In this document: positions 31,017-42,056 of the stretch, piece after piece
Numbering within the stretch: position 1 is the first letter of the stretch
Layout of the letters: each line of letters opens with the position of its first letter
NCBI GenBank assembly: GCA_965214605.1
Contig: OZ243961.1
Location: 3,584,001-3,648,000 of the forward strand
Length of the DNA stretch: 64,000 bases
Direction: 5' to 3'
Origin: an uncultured Candidatus Binatia bacterium
Lineage (GTDB): Bacteria > Desulfobacterota > Binatia > Bin18
Notes under the pieces: model-generated
What the model was told of the DNA's origin: nothing
Database searches by the model: none
Seen by the model: only the letters and a program-made list of their open reading frames with translations
Program-made: the position numbers and the translations under genes

Positions 31017-31095
31017 CCCCTGCGTCCCCTTGTTTTGGCCGGTTCAGGGTGCTTTAACCCGGGCAAGAAGCCTATGCGGAACAGGAGGGACAGCA

Positions 31096-31893
31096 ATGGC
31101 CAGACGATTTGAGAGTAAGGTGGCCGTTATCACGGCCGGCGGATCTGGTATTGGCGCGGCGACCGCTCGCCGTTTTGTCCAAGAGGGTGCTGCTGTGGTT
31201 ATTGCCGACCTGAGTGGCAAACGGGCCCGAGCCGTGGCCGAGGAACTAAGGGGCGACGGCGGGAGAGCCGTGTGGCTAAAAATGGACGCGGCCGAGTCAG
31301 AAGGGGTGAGGGCGACTGTCGAGCTGGCGCTCGACACTTATGGCCAGCTCGACGTGATGTTTAATAACGCCGGCTTAGCCGAACTGGGACGCCTGGAAGA
31401 GTATAGCTTGGAGGGCTGGAATCGGGTCCTGGCCGTCACCCTCACCAGCGTCTTTTTGGGCATGAAGTACTGCCTGCCGATTATGCACCAACAGGGAGGG
31501 GGCACGATTATTAACACCGCGTCCATCTCGGGTACAGGGGCGGATTATGGGATGTCGTCCTATAACGCCGCCAAGGCCGGGGTGATCAATCTGACGCGCA
31601 GCGCGGCGATTGAGAACGCCAAGCACAACATTCGGGTCAACTGTGTATGTCCGGGCGCGATCAACACACGGGTGGCGCAGCTGCTTGGCGGCGATCAGGC
31701 CGATGAGTTCCGCCGTGTCCAGGCTCAGGCCCACCCGATCGGTCGGATGGGCGAGCCCGAGGAGATCGCCCATACCGTTCTGTTTCTGGCCTCTAATGAG
31801 GCGTCGTTTATTACCGGCGAAGCGATTCGGGTCGATGGCGGCGTGACCGCCCAGACCGGCTTACCCGATCTGTCGCACTTCCGACGCGGTTAG
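31096..31893 (+). CDS. Short-chain dehydrogenase/reductase
   Basis: TAGGSGIG, NNAG, YNAAK, NCVCPG, GRMGEPEE. Confidence 0.95.
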   Translation: MARRFESKVAVITAGGSGIGAATARRFVQEGAAVVIADLSGKRARAVAEELRGDGGRAVWLKMDAAESEGVRATVELALDTYGQLDVMFNNAGLAELGRLEEYSLEGWNRVLAVTLTSVFLGMKYCLPIMHQQGGGTIINTASISGTGADYGMSSYNAAKAGVINLTRSAAIENAKHNIRVNCVCPGAINTRVAQLLGGDQADEFRRVQAQAHPIGRMGEPEEIAHTVLFLASNEASFITGEAIRVDGGVTAQTGLPDLSHFRRG

Positions 31894-31897
31894 ACGT

Positions 31898-32644
31898 GTG
31901 GACTGGCAAGCCTTACGCGTTGCAAAAGACGCTGAACTTGAACGCCTGGCTCATTTGCCGCTGAGCGAGGTGAGCCCCAGCATCCGAGCCTTTGCCCAGT
32001 ATGTCTCTACCCACAAGCAGGAGCTGGCCTTTATCGCGGCCCTCAAGCGGACTGATCCCCATACCGGGCGAAGCTGGCCACAGATCGATCTGGCCGCGCT
32101 GGCTCGGGCCTGTGATGAGGCTGAGGTCGGTGCGGTCGGGGTATACACCGAGCCGAGCGTGTTTGGCGCCTCGCTCGAAGACCTGCGGGCAGTCTCGGAG
32201 GCGGTGAGTGCGCCCCTCTTGCGGCTCGACCTCGTCATCGATCCGCGTCAGATTCATCACGCCCGGCTATGCGGAGCGGACGCGGTTGCCCTGTGGGCCG
32301 GAGGAGTTGAGCTTGACACCTTGACCCGTTTAGTGAGCGTCGCCGGCTCCAGCCATGTGACGCCGGTGGTCGTAGTCCAAACCCCAGCCGAGGTCGACCG
32401 GGCGCTGAGTGCGGGAGCGTTTGTGCTGGGGATCAGCTCACCATCGGGCAAAATCGAGCCGAAACAGATTGAGCGGCTCGGCGCCCTGATACCGCGGCAC
32501 AAGACGGTCTTGGCCCTAGACGAGGCCGCGACCGCCGACGAATGCGCGGCCCTGTTAGGCAAGGTGGACGCCGTGCTGGTGGGGAATCTGCTGCTTGACG
32601 CGCCCGATGTCGGGGCGCTGTTGGCTGGCCTTGTGGAGCAATAA
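31898..32644 (+). CDS. Divergent indole-3-glycerol-phosphate synthase (TrpC)-like TIM barrel, catalytic residues lost
   Basis: VYTEP..FG.S.EDL, GADAV, DAVLVG retained; LRKD to LRLD, VEV to VVV, INN to ISS. Confidence 0.8.
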   Translation: MDWQALRVAKDAELERLAHLPLSEVSPSIRAFAQYVSTHKQELAFIAALKRTDPHTGRSWPQIDLAALARACDEAEVGAVGVYTEPSVFGASLEDLRAVSEAVSAPLLRLDLVIDPRQIHHARLCGADAVALWAGGVELDTLTRLVSVAGSSHVTPVVVVQTPAEVDRALSAGAFVLGISSPSGKIEPKQIERLGALIPRHKTVLALDEAATADECAALLGKVDAVLVGNLLLDAPDVGALLAGLVEQ

Positions 32645-32710
32645 AGGGACACTCAGGAAAAAAGAGGCCGCCACGGAAAAGAGACACGCATGAACAAAGG
32701 AGGAACAGGG

Positions 32711-33790
32711 ATGAAGTTTGGGCTGATGTATGAAATCCAAATTCCAGAACCGCACTATCCAGGCATTGAGCAGGATACCTATAAGCAAGTCATGGCCCAG
32801 GTGATGCTGGCAGAGGAAATGGGCTTTGAGTATTTCTGGACAGTTGAACATCACTTTCTGACCGAGTTTTCCTACTGTCCGGCTCCGGAGGTGTTGTACG
32901 GGGCAATTTCTCAACGGACGAGTACGATGCGGATCGGCCATGCGGTGGCGCTTTTGCCGCCACAGTACAACCATCCGATTCGGGTTGCCGAGCGCGCCGC
33001 GGTGCTTGATATTTTGAGCGACGGGCGGATGGACTTAGGCACTGGACGGTCCACTACCTTGATTGAGATGGGTGGCTTTGAAATCAATCCGGAAGAGACC
33101 AAGGCCATGTGGGAAGAGGCCATTGGTATGATCCCCCGGATGTGGACCGAGGAGACATTTTCGCACGAGGGGCACTATTTTAAGGTTCCGCCGCGTTCGG
33201 TCATCCCCAAACCGGTCCAGAAACCGCACCCGCCGCTATGGGTCGCCTGCGCCCAACCTGACAGTTTTGCCAACGCCGGACGCAAGGGGATTGGCGCGCT
33301 GTGTTTTCATATTGGCAATCCCGAGGAACTGCACCGCCGGGTGGAAATCTATCGGCAGGGCATCCGAGAGGCCGAACCGGTCGGGGCGTTTACCAACAAC
33401 AACGTCGCCGCGCTAGGTATTGTGCACTGCGCCGAGACCGATAAACAGGCCCGCAAGATCGGTGGCCCGGCCGGCGAGTGGTTTTTGAACAAGTCGGTTC
33501 AGCTGTATCGACCGTGGCAGGAGCAGGGGGTGAAGGTCCCGGACTCGTATAAATTTGCGGTCGGCGCAGTGCAGGAAGAGCGGACGGGCAAGACGCTCGA
33601 CGACTTCATCGAGGGTGGAACCTTTTGTATGGGCGACCCGGACACGTGTATTCGCATTCTAAAAAAATACGAACAGACGGGTATTGATCAGGTCCTGTGC
33701 TTTATGCAGTTCGGCGGCATTCCGCACCAGAACATCATGGACTCGATCCGCCTGTTCGGCAAATATGTAATCCCGTATTTCCGCCCCTAG
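32711..33790 (+). CDS. LLM-class flavin (possibly F420)-dependent oxidoreductase
   Basis: MKFGL, VEHHF, HPIRVAE..A.LDILSDGR, PKPVQKPHPP. Confidence 0.93.
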   Translation: MKFGLMYEIQIPEPHYPGIEQDTYKQVMAQVMLAEEMGFEYFWTVEHHFLTEFSYCPAPEVLYGAISQRTSTMRIGHAVALLPPQYNHPIRVAERAAVLDILSDGRMDLGTGRSTTLIEMGGFEINPEETKAMWEEAIGMIPRMWTEETFSHEGHYFKVPPRSVIPKPVQKPHPPLWVACAQPDSFANAGRKGIGALCFHIGNPEELHRRVEIYRQGIREAEPVGAFTNNNVAALGIVHCAETDKQARKIGGPAGEWFLNKSVQLYRPWQEQGVKVPDSYKFAVGAVQEERTGKTLDDFIEGGTFCMGDPDTCIRILKKYEQTGIDQVLCFMQFGGIPHQNIMDSIRLFGKYVIPYFRP

Positions 33791-33846
33791 CCGGCCCGGT
33801 TCCCTCTCTGCCGCTCCTGTGTCGCAAAGGACAGGGGAGAGAGCGG

Positions 33847-35058
33847 CTAGGCGTCGTACTTACGTAACTCTAAACGCGCAATCTGGTTGCGGTGGACCTC
33901 ATCCGGGCCGTCGGCAAAGCGCAGCGTTCGTGCCTGGGCATAGGCTTTGGCCAGGCCGAACTCCTCATCCACGGCCCCCCCACCATGGGCCTGCATAGCC
34001 CAGTCAATCACCTTCAGGGCCATATTAGGCGCGGCGACCTTAATCATCGCAATTTCGGCCCGAGCCGCCTTATTGCCAACCGTGTCCATCATATGGGCGG
34101 CTTTGAGCGTCAGCAGCCGGGCCTGTTCAATTGAGATGCGGGCTTCGGCGATCCGCTCCTGGGTTACCGTCCGTTCCGAAACCGGCTTGCCAAACGCGAC
34201 GCGCGACTTGGCCCGTTGACACATTTTCTCCAAGGCCCGCTCGGCCTGACCGATGAGCCGCATACAATGGTGGATACGGCCCGGTCCGAGCCGCCCCTGG
34301 GCAATTTCAAACCCGCGGCCTTCACCCAGAATCATGTTCGAAGCCGGGACCCGTACGTCTTTGAACTCGACCTCGGCATGACCGTGCGGAGCGTCATCAT
34401 AGCCAAACACCGACAGCATGCGTACGATGTCGATTCCCGGCGTGTCGCGTGACACCAGGATCTGCGACTGCTGCAAATATCGACTCGGGTTGTTGGGATC
34501 AGTTTTACCCATGAAGATAATGATCTTACAGCGTGGGTCGCCCATGCCCGACGACCACCATTTACGACCGTTGATGATATACTCATCACCATCCCGCACG
34601 ATGCTCGACTCGATATTGGTCGCGTCAGACGAGGCGACCGCGGGTTCGGTCATGGCAAAACACGATCGGATTTCGCCGTTCAGCAGGGGCCCTAACCAGC
34701 GGTCCTGCTGCTCTTCAGTGCCGTAGCGTGACAGGACTTCCATATTGCCGGTATCCGGAGCCGAACAGTTGAACACCTCGGACGCCCAGTGGACGCGGCC
34801 CATGATCTCGGCCAGGGGCGCATACTCTAGATTGGTGAGACCGTAGCCGTAGTCGCTTTCGGGCAGGAACAGGTTCCACAAGTTTTGGGCCTTAGCCTTT
34901 TGTTTGAGTTCTTCCAAAATGGGCGGAATTTGCCACCGATCACCTTGACTGTTGAGCTGCTCATCATACGTCTTTTCGTTGGGGTAGATAGAGCTATCCA
35001 TGAAGTCTTGGACTTGGCGCTGCAGCTCTTTGACCTTAGGCGAATATTCAAAATCCAT
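33847..35058 (-). CDS. Acyl-CoA dehydrogenase (ACAD10/11, FadE2-like)
   Basis: [46 protein letters not shown]. Confidence 0.95.
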   Translation of the reverse strand: MDFEYSPKVKELQRQVQDFMDSSIYPNEKTYDEQLNSQGDRWQIPPILEELKQKAKAQNLWNLFLPESDYGYGLTNLEYAPLAEIMGRVHWASEVFNCSAPDTGNMEVLSRYGTEEQQDRWLGPLLNGEIRSCFAMTEPAVASSDATNIESSIVRDGDEYIINGRKWWSSGMGDPRCKIIIFMGKTDPNNPSRYLQQSQILVSRDTPGIDIVRMLSVFGYDDAPHGHAEVEFKDVRVPASNMILGEGRGFEIAQGRLGPGRIHHCMRLIGQAERALEKMCQRAKSRVAFGKPVSERTVTQERIAEARISIEQARLLTLKAAHMMDTVGNKAARAEIAMIKVAAPNMALKVIDWAMQAHGGGAVDEEFGLAKAYAQARTLRFADGPDEVHRNQIARLELRKYDA

Positions 35059-35129
35059 GTTCGGGCTCCTTCCGTAGCGTGCCGTGGGACGGTCAGCGCT
35101 CGATACCTTAAGAAATAGATGCCTTGAAG

Positions 35130-36401
35130 TCAAACTCGCGACGCCGTTGCGGCGAAGCCGGTAAACGCAATCGGCCGAATCGGCACAACCAACAGGATAG
35201 CCGTGCACAGGATACCGACCCCGGTGGCGACAAGGAACGGCAGGGTCCAGTCTCCACCCCCGGCCAGCATGAAGCCGGCGGTCATTGGACCGAAGATGCC
35301 AGCGAAACTGCCCAAGCAGTTAATCATGCCAAAGATTGCTCCGGCAAAGTGGGGATTGAACTCGATCGACAGGGTCGTATAGCCAGCAACCGCGCTGGCA
35401 AAAAAGAAGTAAAAGCTGATCAAAAACAGCACGCACAGCGTGGTCGAGGGCACCAGCGCGGCGCCCAACAAGAAGGGCAGAGAGAGCCCAACCCCAAATC
35501 CAGCCAGCCGAGCTCGGGCAAACTGCGCGCTCCAGCCCTTGCGCAGCAGCCAGTCCGACACTGCACCGCCGCCCAAGATTCCCAGGAATCCCGCCCCGTG
35601 CAGGAAGACGCCCATGATACCCATCGTTTCCAGGGACATCGCGCGTCCTTCGACCAGATAGGTCGGAAACCAGAACAAAAACATCCAGCCGATGTAGGCA
35701 TACCCCATATAGCTGAGGCATACGGTGAAGAGCGGGATGCTGCGAAAGAGGGTGCTGATGGGAAGCGGGTCGGTCGGCTTGGGCGATAGGTTGGATTCAA
35801 TATAGGTCCGCTCCGCCTGGCTGATGTGCGGGTGTTCTTGGGGCGTGTCGGTTGCGTACGACAGCCACACCGCAGCCCACAGAAAGCCGAGCAGGGCGTT
35901 AAAATAGAAAACGCTCGGCCAGGTAAACTCGAGAACAATCCAGGTGGTTAGCGGATAGGCGATCATCTGACCGACGGTGATGCCCGAGATGCTGATCGTT
36001 TGAGCCCGCCCAAACTCTGCGCGGGGAATCCAACGCGAGTTGAGCGAGGTCAGGGCTGGAAAGGTCATCGACTCAAATGCACCGACCAGAAAACGCATGG
36101 CAATGAACAGCACAAACCCCAACTGGCCCAGCGGGGTCAGGGCGGTGAACAGCGAAAAGCCGCAGAATGCTGCGGCCAGGACTTTGCGTGCGCTCCAGCG
36201 GTCAGCCACGAGGCCGCCTGGAATTTGTAGCAGCGCGTAGCCCACCAGAAAGGCCGAAAAGACCAACCCAAATCGGTCTTTATCCCAACCTGTGGCAGCC
36301 ATAATGACTGGTGCGGCGACTGAGATATTGACCCGATCAATGTAATTAATGACCGAGCTGCAAAACAACAGCCCAATCATATTGTAGCGAACCGGTCGCA
36401 T
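35130..36401 (-). CDS. MFS transporter (anion:cation symporter family)
   Basis: [26 protein letters not shown], about 12 TM. Confidence 0.93.
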   Translation of the reverse strand: MRPVRYNMIGLLFCSSVINYIDRVNISVAAPVIMAATGWDKDRFGLVFSAFLVGYALLQIPGGLVADRWSARKVLAAAFCGFSLFTALTPLGQLGFVLFIAMRFLVGAFESMTFPALTSLNSRWIPRAEFGRAQTISISGITVGQMIAYPLTTWIVLEFTWPSVFYFNALLGFLWAAVWLSYATDTPQEHPHISQAERTYIESNLSPKPTDPLPISTLFRSIPLFTVCLSYMGYAYIGWMFLFWFPTYLVEGRAMSLETMGIMGVFLHGAGFLGILGGGAVSDWLLRKGWSAQFARARLAGFGVGLSLPFLLGAALVPSTTLCVLFLISFYFFFASAVAGYTTLSIEFNPHFAGAIFGMINCLGSFAGIFGPMTAGFMLAGGGDWTLPFLVATGVGILCTAILLVVPIRPIAFTGFAATASRV

Positions 36402-36541
36402 AGTCTGCCCCCTCTTTGTGTCCGACCGTGCACTGAAGAGCTTGTATACTATGGGTTAGAAAGAGGAGGCAAGACTTTACGCGACACAAGCTCCACGGGT
36501 CTTGCTTTATTCATGAGAAGAAATAGGTCATATTTTTGGTT

Positions 36542-36970
36542 ATGAAAAAGATGACTGCCGACGAAGTCTGGGCCTTTCTGACCGAACAAGCTCACACCGC
36601 CCAGTGCGCCACGGTCAAAGAAAATGGTCATCCCCACGTGGTGCCGGTCTGGTTTGAGGTGGATGACGGCACACTTATTTTTTCCACCTGGCAGGCCAGC
36701 GTGAAAGCGGCCAACCTGCGGCGCGACCCCCGAGTCAGCCTGTGCGTTGATGACGAAACCCCGCCGTTTGCGTTTGTCCAGATCGACGGGACGGCCAGTC
36801 TGAGCGATGACCCTGCGCAGCTTCTCTACTGGGCGACGCGGATCGGGGGGCGCTATATGGGCGCCGACCAAGCCCAAGCGTATGGGAAGCGCAACAGCGT
36901 GCCAGGAGAACTGCTGGTGCGGGTCACGCCCACCAAGATCATTGCCAAAAAAGAGGTGGCTGGCTGGTAG
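36542..36970 (+). CDS. PPOX-class F420-dependent oxidoreductase-like protein
   Basis: ATV..NGHPHVVPVWF, K..NLRRDPRVSLCVD. Confidence 0.88.
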   Translation: MKKMTADEVWAFLTEQAHTAQCATVKENGHPHVVPVWFEVDDGTLIFSTWQASVKAANLRRDPRVSLCVDDETPPFAFVQIDGTASLSDDPAQLLYWATRIGGRYMGADQAQAYGKRNSVPGELLVRVTPTKIIAKKEVAGW

Positions 36971-36979
36971 GGGGGAGGC

Positions 36980-38200
36980 GTGCGGTACTTTGGTCCGGGT
37001 TTCCTGGTTGTTGCCGCTTTTATCGGACCGGGGACAGTGACAACGGCCAGCCTGGTCGGGGCACGCTTTGGACACAGCCTGGTCTGGGCGCTCGTCTTTT
37101 CCGTCCTGGCGACCGTCGTCCTGCAGGACATGGCCGCCCGGCTTGGCATCGTCAGCCGCCAAGGGCTTGGAGAAGCGCTGCGAGCCGTCTTTCGCACTTC
37201 ACGCCTGCGGCGGCCGATGTGCGTGCTCGTTGTGGTTGGTATCGGTGGTGGGAACGCGGCTTTTGAAACCGGCAACCTCACCGGGGCTGCGCTGGGTTTG
37301 GCGGCCCTGACCGGCCTCCCCGCCCGGGGGTGGGCGGTAATAATTGGGCTCAGTGTGACGGCGTTGTTGGCCTTGGGAACCTACCGAGGACTTGAGCGGT
37401 GTCTGCTCGTCCTAGTGCTGAGCATGAGTCTGGTCTTTGTTCTGACCGCCGTTGTGGCTCAGCCCTCGGTCGGAGAGATACTCGGGGGGGCAGTGTGGCC
37501 GAGTTTTCCCCCGGATTCCGCTGTCCTGATTATGGCCCTGATCGGAACGACGGTCGTGCCCTACAACCTGTTCTTGCACGCCAACGCGGTACGGGAACGC
37601 TGGGCGGAAGGACTGCCTAAACAACAGGCCTTGAGGGTCGCTCGGCGTGACACCTGGGTGTCGGTGTCTCTTGGGGGCGTAATCACGCTGGCTATTCTCT
37701 CGACTGCGACGGGTGCATTTTTGGGGCGGGGCAATTTGCCTCAGCACACCGGGATGCTGGCCAGCCAACTTGAACCGCTGCTCGGTTCTGCCGCGCACTC
37801 TTTTTTCGCCGTCGGCTTACTGTGTGCCGGCATCACCAGCGCAATTACCGCCCCTCTGGCTGCGGCCTACGCTACTGCCGGCGTCCTTGGCTGGAGGCAA
37901 GATCTACGCAGCTGGCGGTGTCGTGCGGTATGGGCAGCAATTACCCTGATTGGGACAGCACTGGCCGCCCTTGGTCAGCGCCCTGTGACCGCTATTGTTC
38001 TAGCTCAGGCGGTGAACGGGGTGTTGCTGCCGGTCATGGCGGTCTTCTTGCTTGTGGTCATGAACCGTTCACAGCTTTTGGGTGAAGACACAAACGGATG
38101 GGTTGCGAATAGCTTGGGCACGCTGGTTGTCCTGGTCGTGTCGGCTCTCGGGCTCTTTCAGCTATGGACGGCCTCCTGGCACCTCTCCATGAGCGGCTGA
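36980..38200 (+). CDS. NRAMP-family divalent metal transporter (MntH-like)
   Basis: GPGFLVVAAFIGPG, IGTTVVPYNLFLH, AQAVNG. Confidence 0.9.
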   Translation: MRYFGPGFLVVAAFIGPGTVTTASLVGARFGHSLVWALVFSVLATVVLQDMAARLGIVSRQGLGEALRAVFRTSRLRRPMCVLVVVGIGGGNAAFETGNLTGAALGLAALTGLPARGWAVIIGLSVTALLALGTYRGLERCLLVLVLSMSLVFVLTAVVAQPSVGEILGGAVWPSFPPDSAVLIMALIGTTVVPYNLFLHANAVRERWAEGLPKQQALRVARRDTWVSVSLGGVITLAILSTATGAFLGRGNLPQHTGMLASQLEPLLGSAAHSFFAVGLLCAGITSAITAPLAAAYATAGVLGWRQDLRSWRCRAVWAAITLIGTALAALGQRPVTAIVLAQAVNGVLLPVMAVFLLVVMNRSQLLGEDTNGWVANSLGTLVVLVVSALGLFQLWTASWHLSMSG

Positions 38201-38213
38201 ACGGCCTCTGAGC

Positions 38214-38951
38214 CTATACCTCGATGACCAGGCCATCGGTTGCCCACTCAAGGGTGAGCTGTGGCAGGCGCTCCAAGACCTCCCGGCCGAGATGGCTGAG
38301 CAGCAGGCGTTTACAACCGAGGCGGGGGGCGTGTTCGGCAAGTTGAGGGTAACTGATGTGATACGAGGTCCGAGTATGAAAATAGCAACACTCGCAGATA
38401 AACAGATCGGTCCCGTGCGCATAGCGGACGAGGTCTTCATTCCAGCCACAGTCGCCGGAGTACAGGAGCGATTTTCCGTCAACCGTCACGCGGTAGCCCA
38501 GAGAAATTTCTTCCTCTTGGTGCGGCACGCGAAAAGGAAAGAGCTCGACTGCACAAACACAGGCCGATCGGCCTGGCGGGAGCTGGTGAAAGACCAGCTC
38601 AAAGGACAGGGCGCGAGTGGACAGCTCGCGGTACATGACCCGGTGGAGGGCTAGGACGCGCTCCTGTATGCCCGGTGGCCCGGCGACGTGCAGCGGACGG
38701 GTACGCGGCGGGTGTTCGTAGAGGTATTCGAGAAAGAGGAAGGGGAGGCCGCCAAAGTGATCACCGTGCATGTGGCTAATGGCCACAAAGTCGATCCGTT
38801 CGGCCGGAATTCGCAGTGTTTTCAGCGCCAACAGGGTTGTCGTGCCGCAGTCCAGCAGAAAAGTGGCACTGTCGGTCTCAACCAAATAGCCACTCTGGCG
38901 TTGACCGCCGCTGCTAAAGGCGTCGCCTGCACCAAGAATTGTTACGCGCAT
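38214..38951 (-). CDS. MBL-fold metallo-hydrolase (RNase Z/BN-like)
   Basis: LG.GDAF, SHMHGDHFGG, YSGD, LSH. Confidence 0.9.
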   Translation of the reverse strand: MRVTILGAGDAFSSGGQRQSGYLVETDSATFLLDCGTTTLLALKTLRIPAERIDFVAISHMHGDHFGGLPFLFLEYLYEHPPRTRPLHVAGPPGIQERVLALHRVMYRELSTRALSFELVFHQLPPGRSACVCAVELFPFRVPHQEEEISLGYRVTVDGKSLLYSGDCGWNEDLVRYAHGTDLFICECCYFHTRTSYHISYPQLAEHAPRLGCKRLLLSHLGREVLERLPQLTLEWATDGLVIEV

Positions 38952-40339
38952 TGTTGACCCTTCCCCGCAGAGCTCACCGAATCCTCGTTACTTGTCCCCC
39001 TAAGGGTCTCAATCAGGCGCGTCTCATCACAGCTGTCCTGCCGTCCGGTGGTCAGATTTTTTAGGCTATAGGTCTGCCGCACCACTTCATCCGGACCGAT
39101 GATCAAGGCGTATGGGATGTGTAAACTGTCGGCTGTGGACAGCTGGCGGCCGAGTTTTGCCCGTTCCGGATACAGCTCGACGGTAATACCGGCCCGGCGC
39201 AGTCGTGCGGCCAGACCGGCCACGGCGACGAGCGGAGTGTCGGGCAGCGGACACACCATGACCTGGGCCCGCAGCTGGAGGTCGGGGAACATGTGGCGTT
39301 CCTCCATCAGCAACAGAATCCGCTCCAAGCCCAGCGAGAAGCCAACGGCCGGAACCTGCTTGCCGCTAAATATGCCGACCAGGTTATCGTAGCGGCCACC
39401 ACCGCCTAGCGAGCCGCTCAAATCCTGCGAAATGACCTCGAAAATAGGTCCGGTGTAATAGCTGAGACCCCGGGCCAGGGCGGGGGTGAGGCGCAGGAGT
39501 GGACCGGCCGGAGTGTCGGTGCTGAGCGCCAAAAGGGCTTCGAGGTCGTCGAGTGCCCGCCGGGCGTCGGGCAGGCTGAGCGCGGCGCGGAGGTCGTGGA
39601 GGATGCGGGTGTTCTCTGTGTCCTTGGTTGCAGTGGTCAGAGCCAGTAAACGCTCGGCCGCCTGTCCACTTATACCACGTTGGAGCAGTTCGTCCCGAAC
39701 CCCGGGCGACCCGATTTTATCCAGCTTATCAAGAGCAATCAGGGCCGAGCCCTCCAGGGCCGGATCAATGTCAGCCGCCGCTATCAGGCCGCGTAACACC
39801 GCGCGGTGGTTGAGGGCCACCCTAAAGCCTGAGAAGCCGAGGGCGAGTAGTGCGCCGCAGATAGCACTGATGACCTCGACCTCGGCCAGCAGTGAGGTGG
39901 TGCCGGTCATATCGACATCACACTGGTAAAACTCCCGAAAGCGTCCCTTGGCCGGACGATCGGCGCGCCACACCGGCTGGATCTGGTAGCGTTTAAAAAA
40001 ACGCGGGAGCTGCTGGCCATAGTGCGCCACCACACGGGCCAGCGGGACGGTCAGGTCATAGCGTAAACCGAGCTCGGCCAGGTCACCCATCTCGACCGAG
40101 GGTTCGGCCAGGGCTCGGCTCAGCTTCTCACCCCGGTGCAGCAGACGGTAGAGGAGCCGATCGCCCTCTTCGCCGTATTTGCCAAGCAGAGTGGACAGAT
40201 TTTCAATCGCTGGCGTTTCAATCGGCACGAAACCGTGGCGCTGGAAAACGTGCTCTATCCTCGCCACCACATAGCGGCGTTTGGAGACGGCTTCAGGCAG
40301 ATAATCACGCATCCCACTCGGGGGCTTAGTACTTGGCAT
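38942..40339 (-). CDS. hisS: Histidine--tRNA ligase
   Basis: LRYDLTVP, GRFREFYQCD, LARGLSYYTG, GGGRYD. Confidence 0.97.
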   Translation of the reverse strand: MPSTKPPSGMRDYLPEAVSKRRYVVARIEHVFQRHGFVPIETPAIENLSTLLGKYGEEGDRLLYRLLHRGEKLSRALAEPSVEMGDLAELGLRYDLTVPLARVVAHYGQQLPRFFKRYQIQPVWRADRPAKGRFREFYQCDVDMTGTTSLLAEVEVISAICGALLALGFSGFRVALNHRAVLRGLIAAADIDPALEGSALIALDKLDKIGSPGVRDELLQRGISGQAAERLLALTTATKDTENTRILHDLRAALSLPDARRALDDLEALLALSTDTPAGPLLRLTPALARGLSYYTGPIFEVISQDLSGSLGGGGRYDNLVGIFSGKQVPAVGFSLGLERILLLMEERHMFPDLQLRAQVMVCPLPDTPLVAVAGLAARLRRAGITVELYPERAKLGRQLSTADSLHIPYALIIGPDEVVRQTYSLKNLTTGRQDSCDETRLIETLRGTSNEDSVSSAGKGQQCA

Positions 40340-40479
40340 GGCGTCCAACTCCTTATGAGCGCTCAGAGCCTTCCCGGTTGGAAATCAAGATATCGCTGGC
40401 TGGTCAAGGTCCCACCGCCTTCTTGTCGACCCGTATGGCTTTTTATTGAGGAAACAACCCCCTATAATTGTTCCCTAAC

Positions 40480-40574
40480 GGAGAAGGATGTGGCCCGGTG
40501 GCCGCACCGGTCTTCAAAACCGAGTTGCGTGGCGTAAGTTGCGCGGATGGTTCGACTCCATCCCTTCTCCGCCA
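40480..40574 (+). tRNA. selC: tRNA-Sec (anticodon UCA)
   Basis: 8-bp acceptor GGAGAAGG/CCTTCTCC + GCCA, long D stem with 4-nt loop, CT-TCA-AA loop, long variable arm, 5-bp T stem; next to selA; TATAAT at 40463. Confidence 0.96.
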
Positions 40575-40581
40575 GTCTCGT

Positions 40582-41973
40582 CTAATCGGTCCACTCAGCG
40601 GTGACAGGAATCAACTCCTGGGGCTGAAATATCCCCCGTAAATCCAACACAAACATCCCGTCTCGAATCCGGCCTAGGATTGGCGTGTCCGCGGCTCGAA
40701 AGTGCGCCGCAATATGCTCGGCCGAAAGTCGGGGATGACGAATGACAATCACCCGGCTGGGCAGGCGTTTCTCGGGGAGGGCTCCGCTGCCGATCTGGGC
40801 AGCGGCGTCTTCAAGCGTGATGCGGAAGCCCTGGCCGAGTCGCTGTCGTAAGAGCGGAATAGCCTGGGCGGCCAGCGCGTCTAGTTCTTCCACAGTCCGG
40901 GTAAGCCAGCGAAGGGTTGGAATCTCGGCATTCAGACATGGAGACTGACGGTACAGCCGGAGGGTTGCTCCCAAGGCGGCCAAGGTCAGCTTATCGGGCC
41001 GTAGGGCGCGTCTCAGGGGGTTTTTCTTAATGCGCCCAATCCACTCTTGGCGGCCGACAATCAGCCCGGCCTGTGGTCCGCCTAACAGTTTGTCGCCGCT
41101 GAAGGTCACAATATCCGCGCCCGTCGCCACCCGCTCAGACACGACCGGTTCTTTTGGCAAAGCGTATTGTGAGAGGTCGATGAGCGCCCCAGCGCCCAAA
41201 TCTTCCATGACCGGAATCTGGTGGGCGTGTCCGAGCGCGACGATTTCGTCTAGGGTAACCTCACTGCTGAACCCGATGATTCGATAATTACTCGGATGGA
41301 CTTTCAACAAGACGCCGGTCTCTGGGCCAATCGCTTCGGCATAGTCATAGGCATGGGTGCGGTTGGTGGTGCCGACCTCACGGAGCACGACTCCGCTCTT
41401 GCGCATGACGTCAGGAATCCGAAACGCGCCGCCAATCTCGATTAGCTCCCCCCGCGAGACAATGCCCTCTCTCCCTTCGGCCACAGCATTCAGGGCGAGC
41501 AGGACAGCCGCTGCGTTATTGTTGACAACGGTGGCCGCTTCAGCACCGGTCAGGGCCAATAGGTCGGCCTCAACGAGAGCGTCACGGTCGCCGCGTCCGG
41601 CGGCCGTCAGATCGTACTCAAGGGTCACCGGAGTGGTTGCCGCGCGGCTGACTTCGTCCACCGCAGCTTTTGCCAGGAGGGCCCGGCCAAGATTGGTGTG
41701 GAGGATGGTGCCGGTGGCGTTAATAACGGACCGTAAGGGCGAGCGCTTGGCGTCGGCTAGCTGTTGCTCAATCCGGTGGGCGATAGCCGATGGAGACAGT
41801 TCCTCGGTCAGCGAGCCGGCCAGAATGTCTCGGCGCAGGTCGGCCAGTACGCTACGGACGGCCTCTGTGATATAGCCGCGTTGGTAGTCGTGGAACAGCG
41901 GGCTGAGGACGGGAGATGACAGCAACTTTTCAACCGCGGGCAGATGGCGCAGGAGCTCACGGGCGGTCTTCAT
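40582..41973 (-). CDS. selA: L-seryl-tRNA(Sec) selenium transferase
   Basis: INATGTILHTNLGRA, VNNNAAA, SRGELIEIGG, FSGDKLLGGPQAG. Confidence 0.97.
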   Translation of the reverse strand: MKTARELLRHLPAVEKLLSSPVLSPLFHDYQRGYITEAVRSVLADLRRDILAGSLTEELSPSAIAHRIEQQLADAKRSPLRSVINATGTILHTNLGRALLAKAAVDEVSRAATTPVTLEYDLTAAGRGDRDALVEADLLALTGAEAATVVNNNAAAVLLALNAVAEGREGIVSRGELIEIGGAFRIPDVMRKSGVVLREVGTTNRTHAYDYAEAIGPETGVLLKVHPSNYRIIGFSSEVTLDEIVALGHAHQIPVMEDLGAGALIDLSQYALPKEPVVSERVATGADIVTFSGDKLLGGPQAGLIVGRQEWIGRIKKNPLRRALRPDKLTLAALGATLRLYRQSPCLNAEIPTLRWLTRTVEELDALAAQAIPLLRQRLGQGFRITLEDAAAQIGSGALPEKRLPSRVIVIRHPRLSAEHIAAHFRAADTPILGRIRDGMFVLDLRGIFQPQELIPVTAEWTD

Positions 41974-42056
41974 GGCGCGGCTACCTTGGCATATGGGCGT
42001 GCCTCTTGCAACTCGCCGGAGGGGAGGCTAGCTTTGCCTCACACAAGGAGGGCCGT

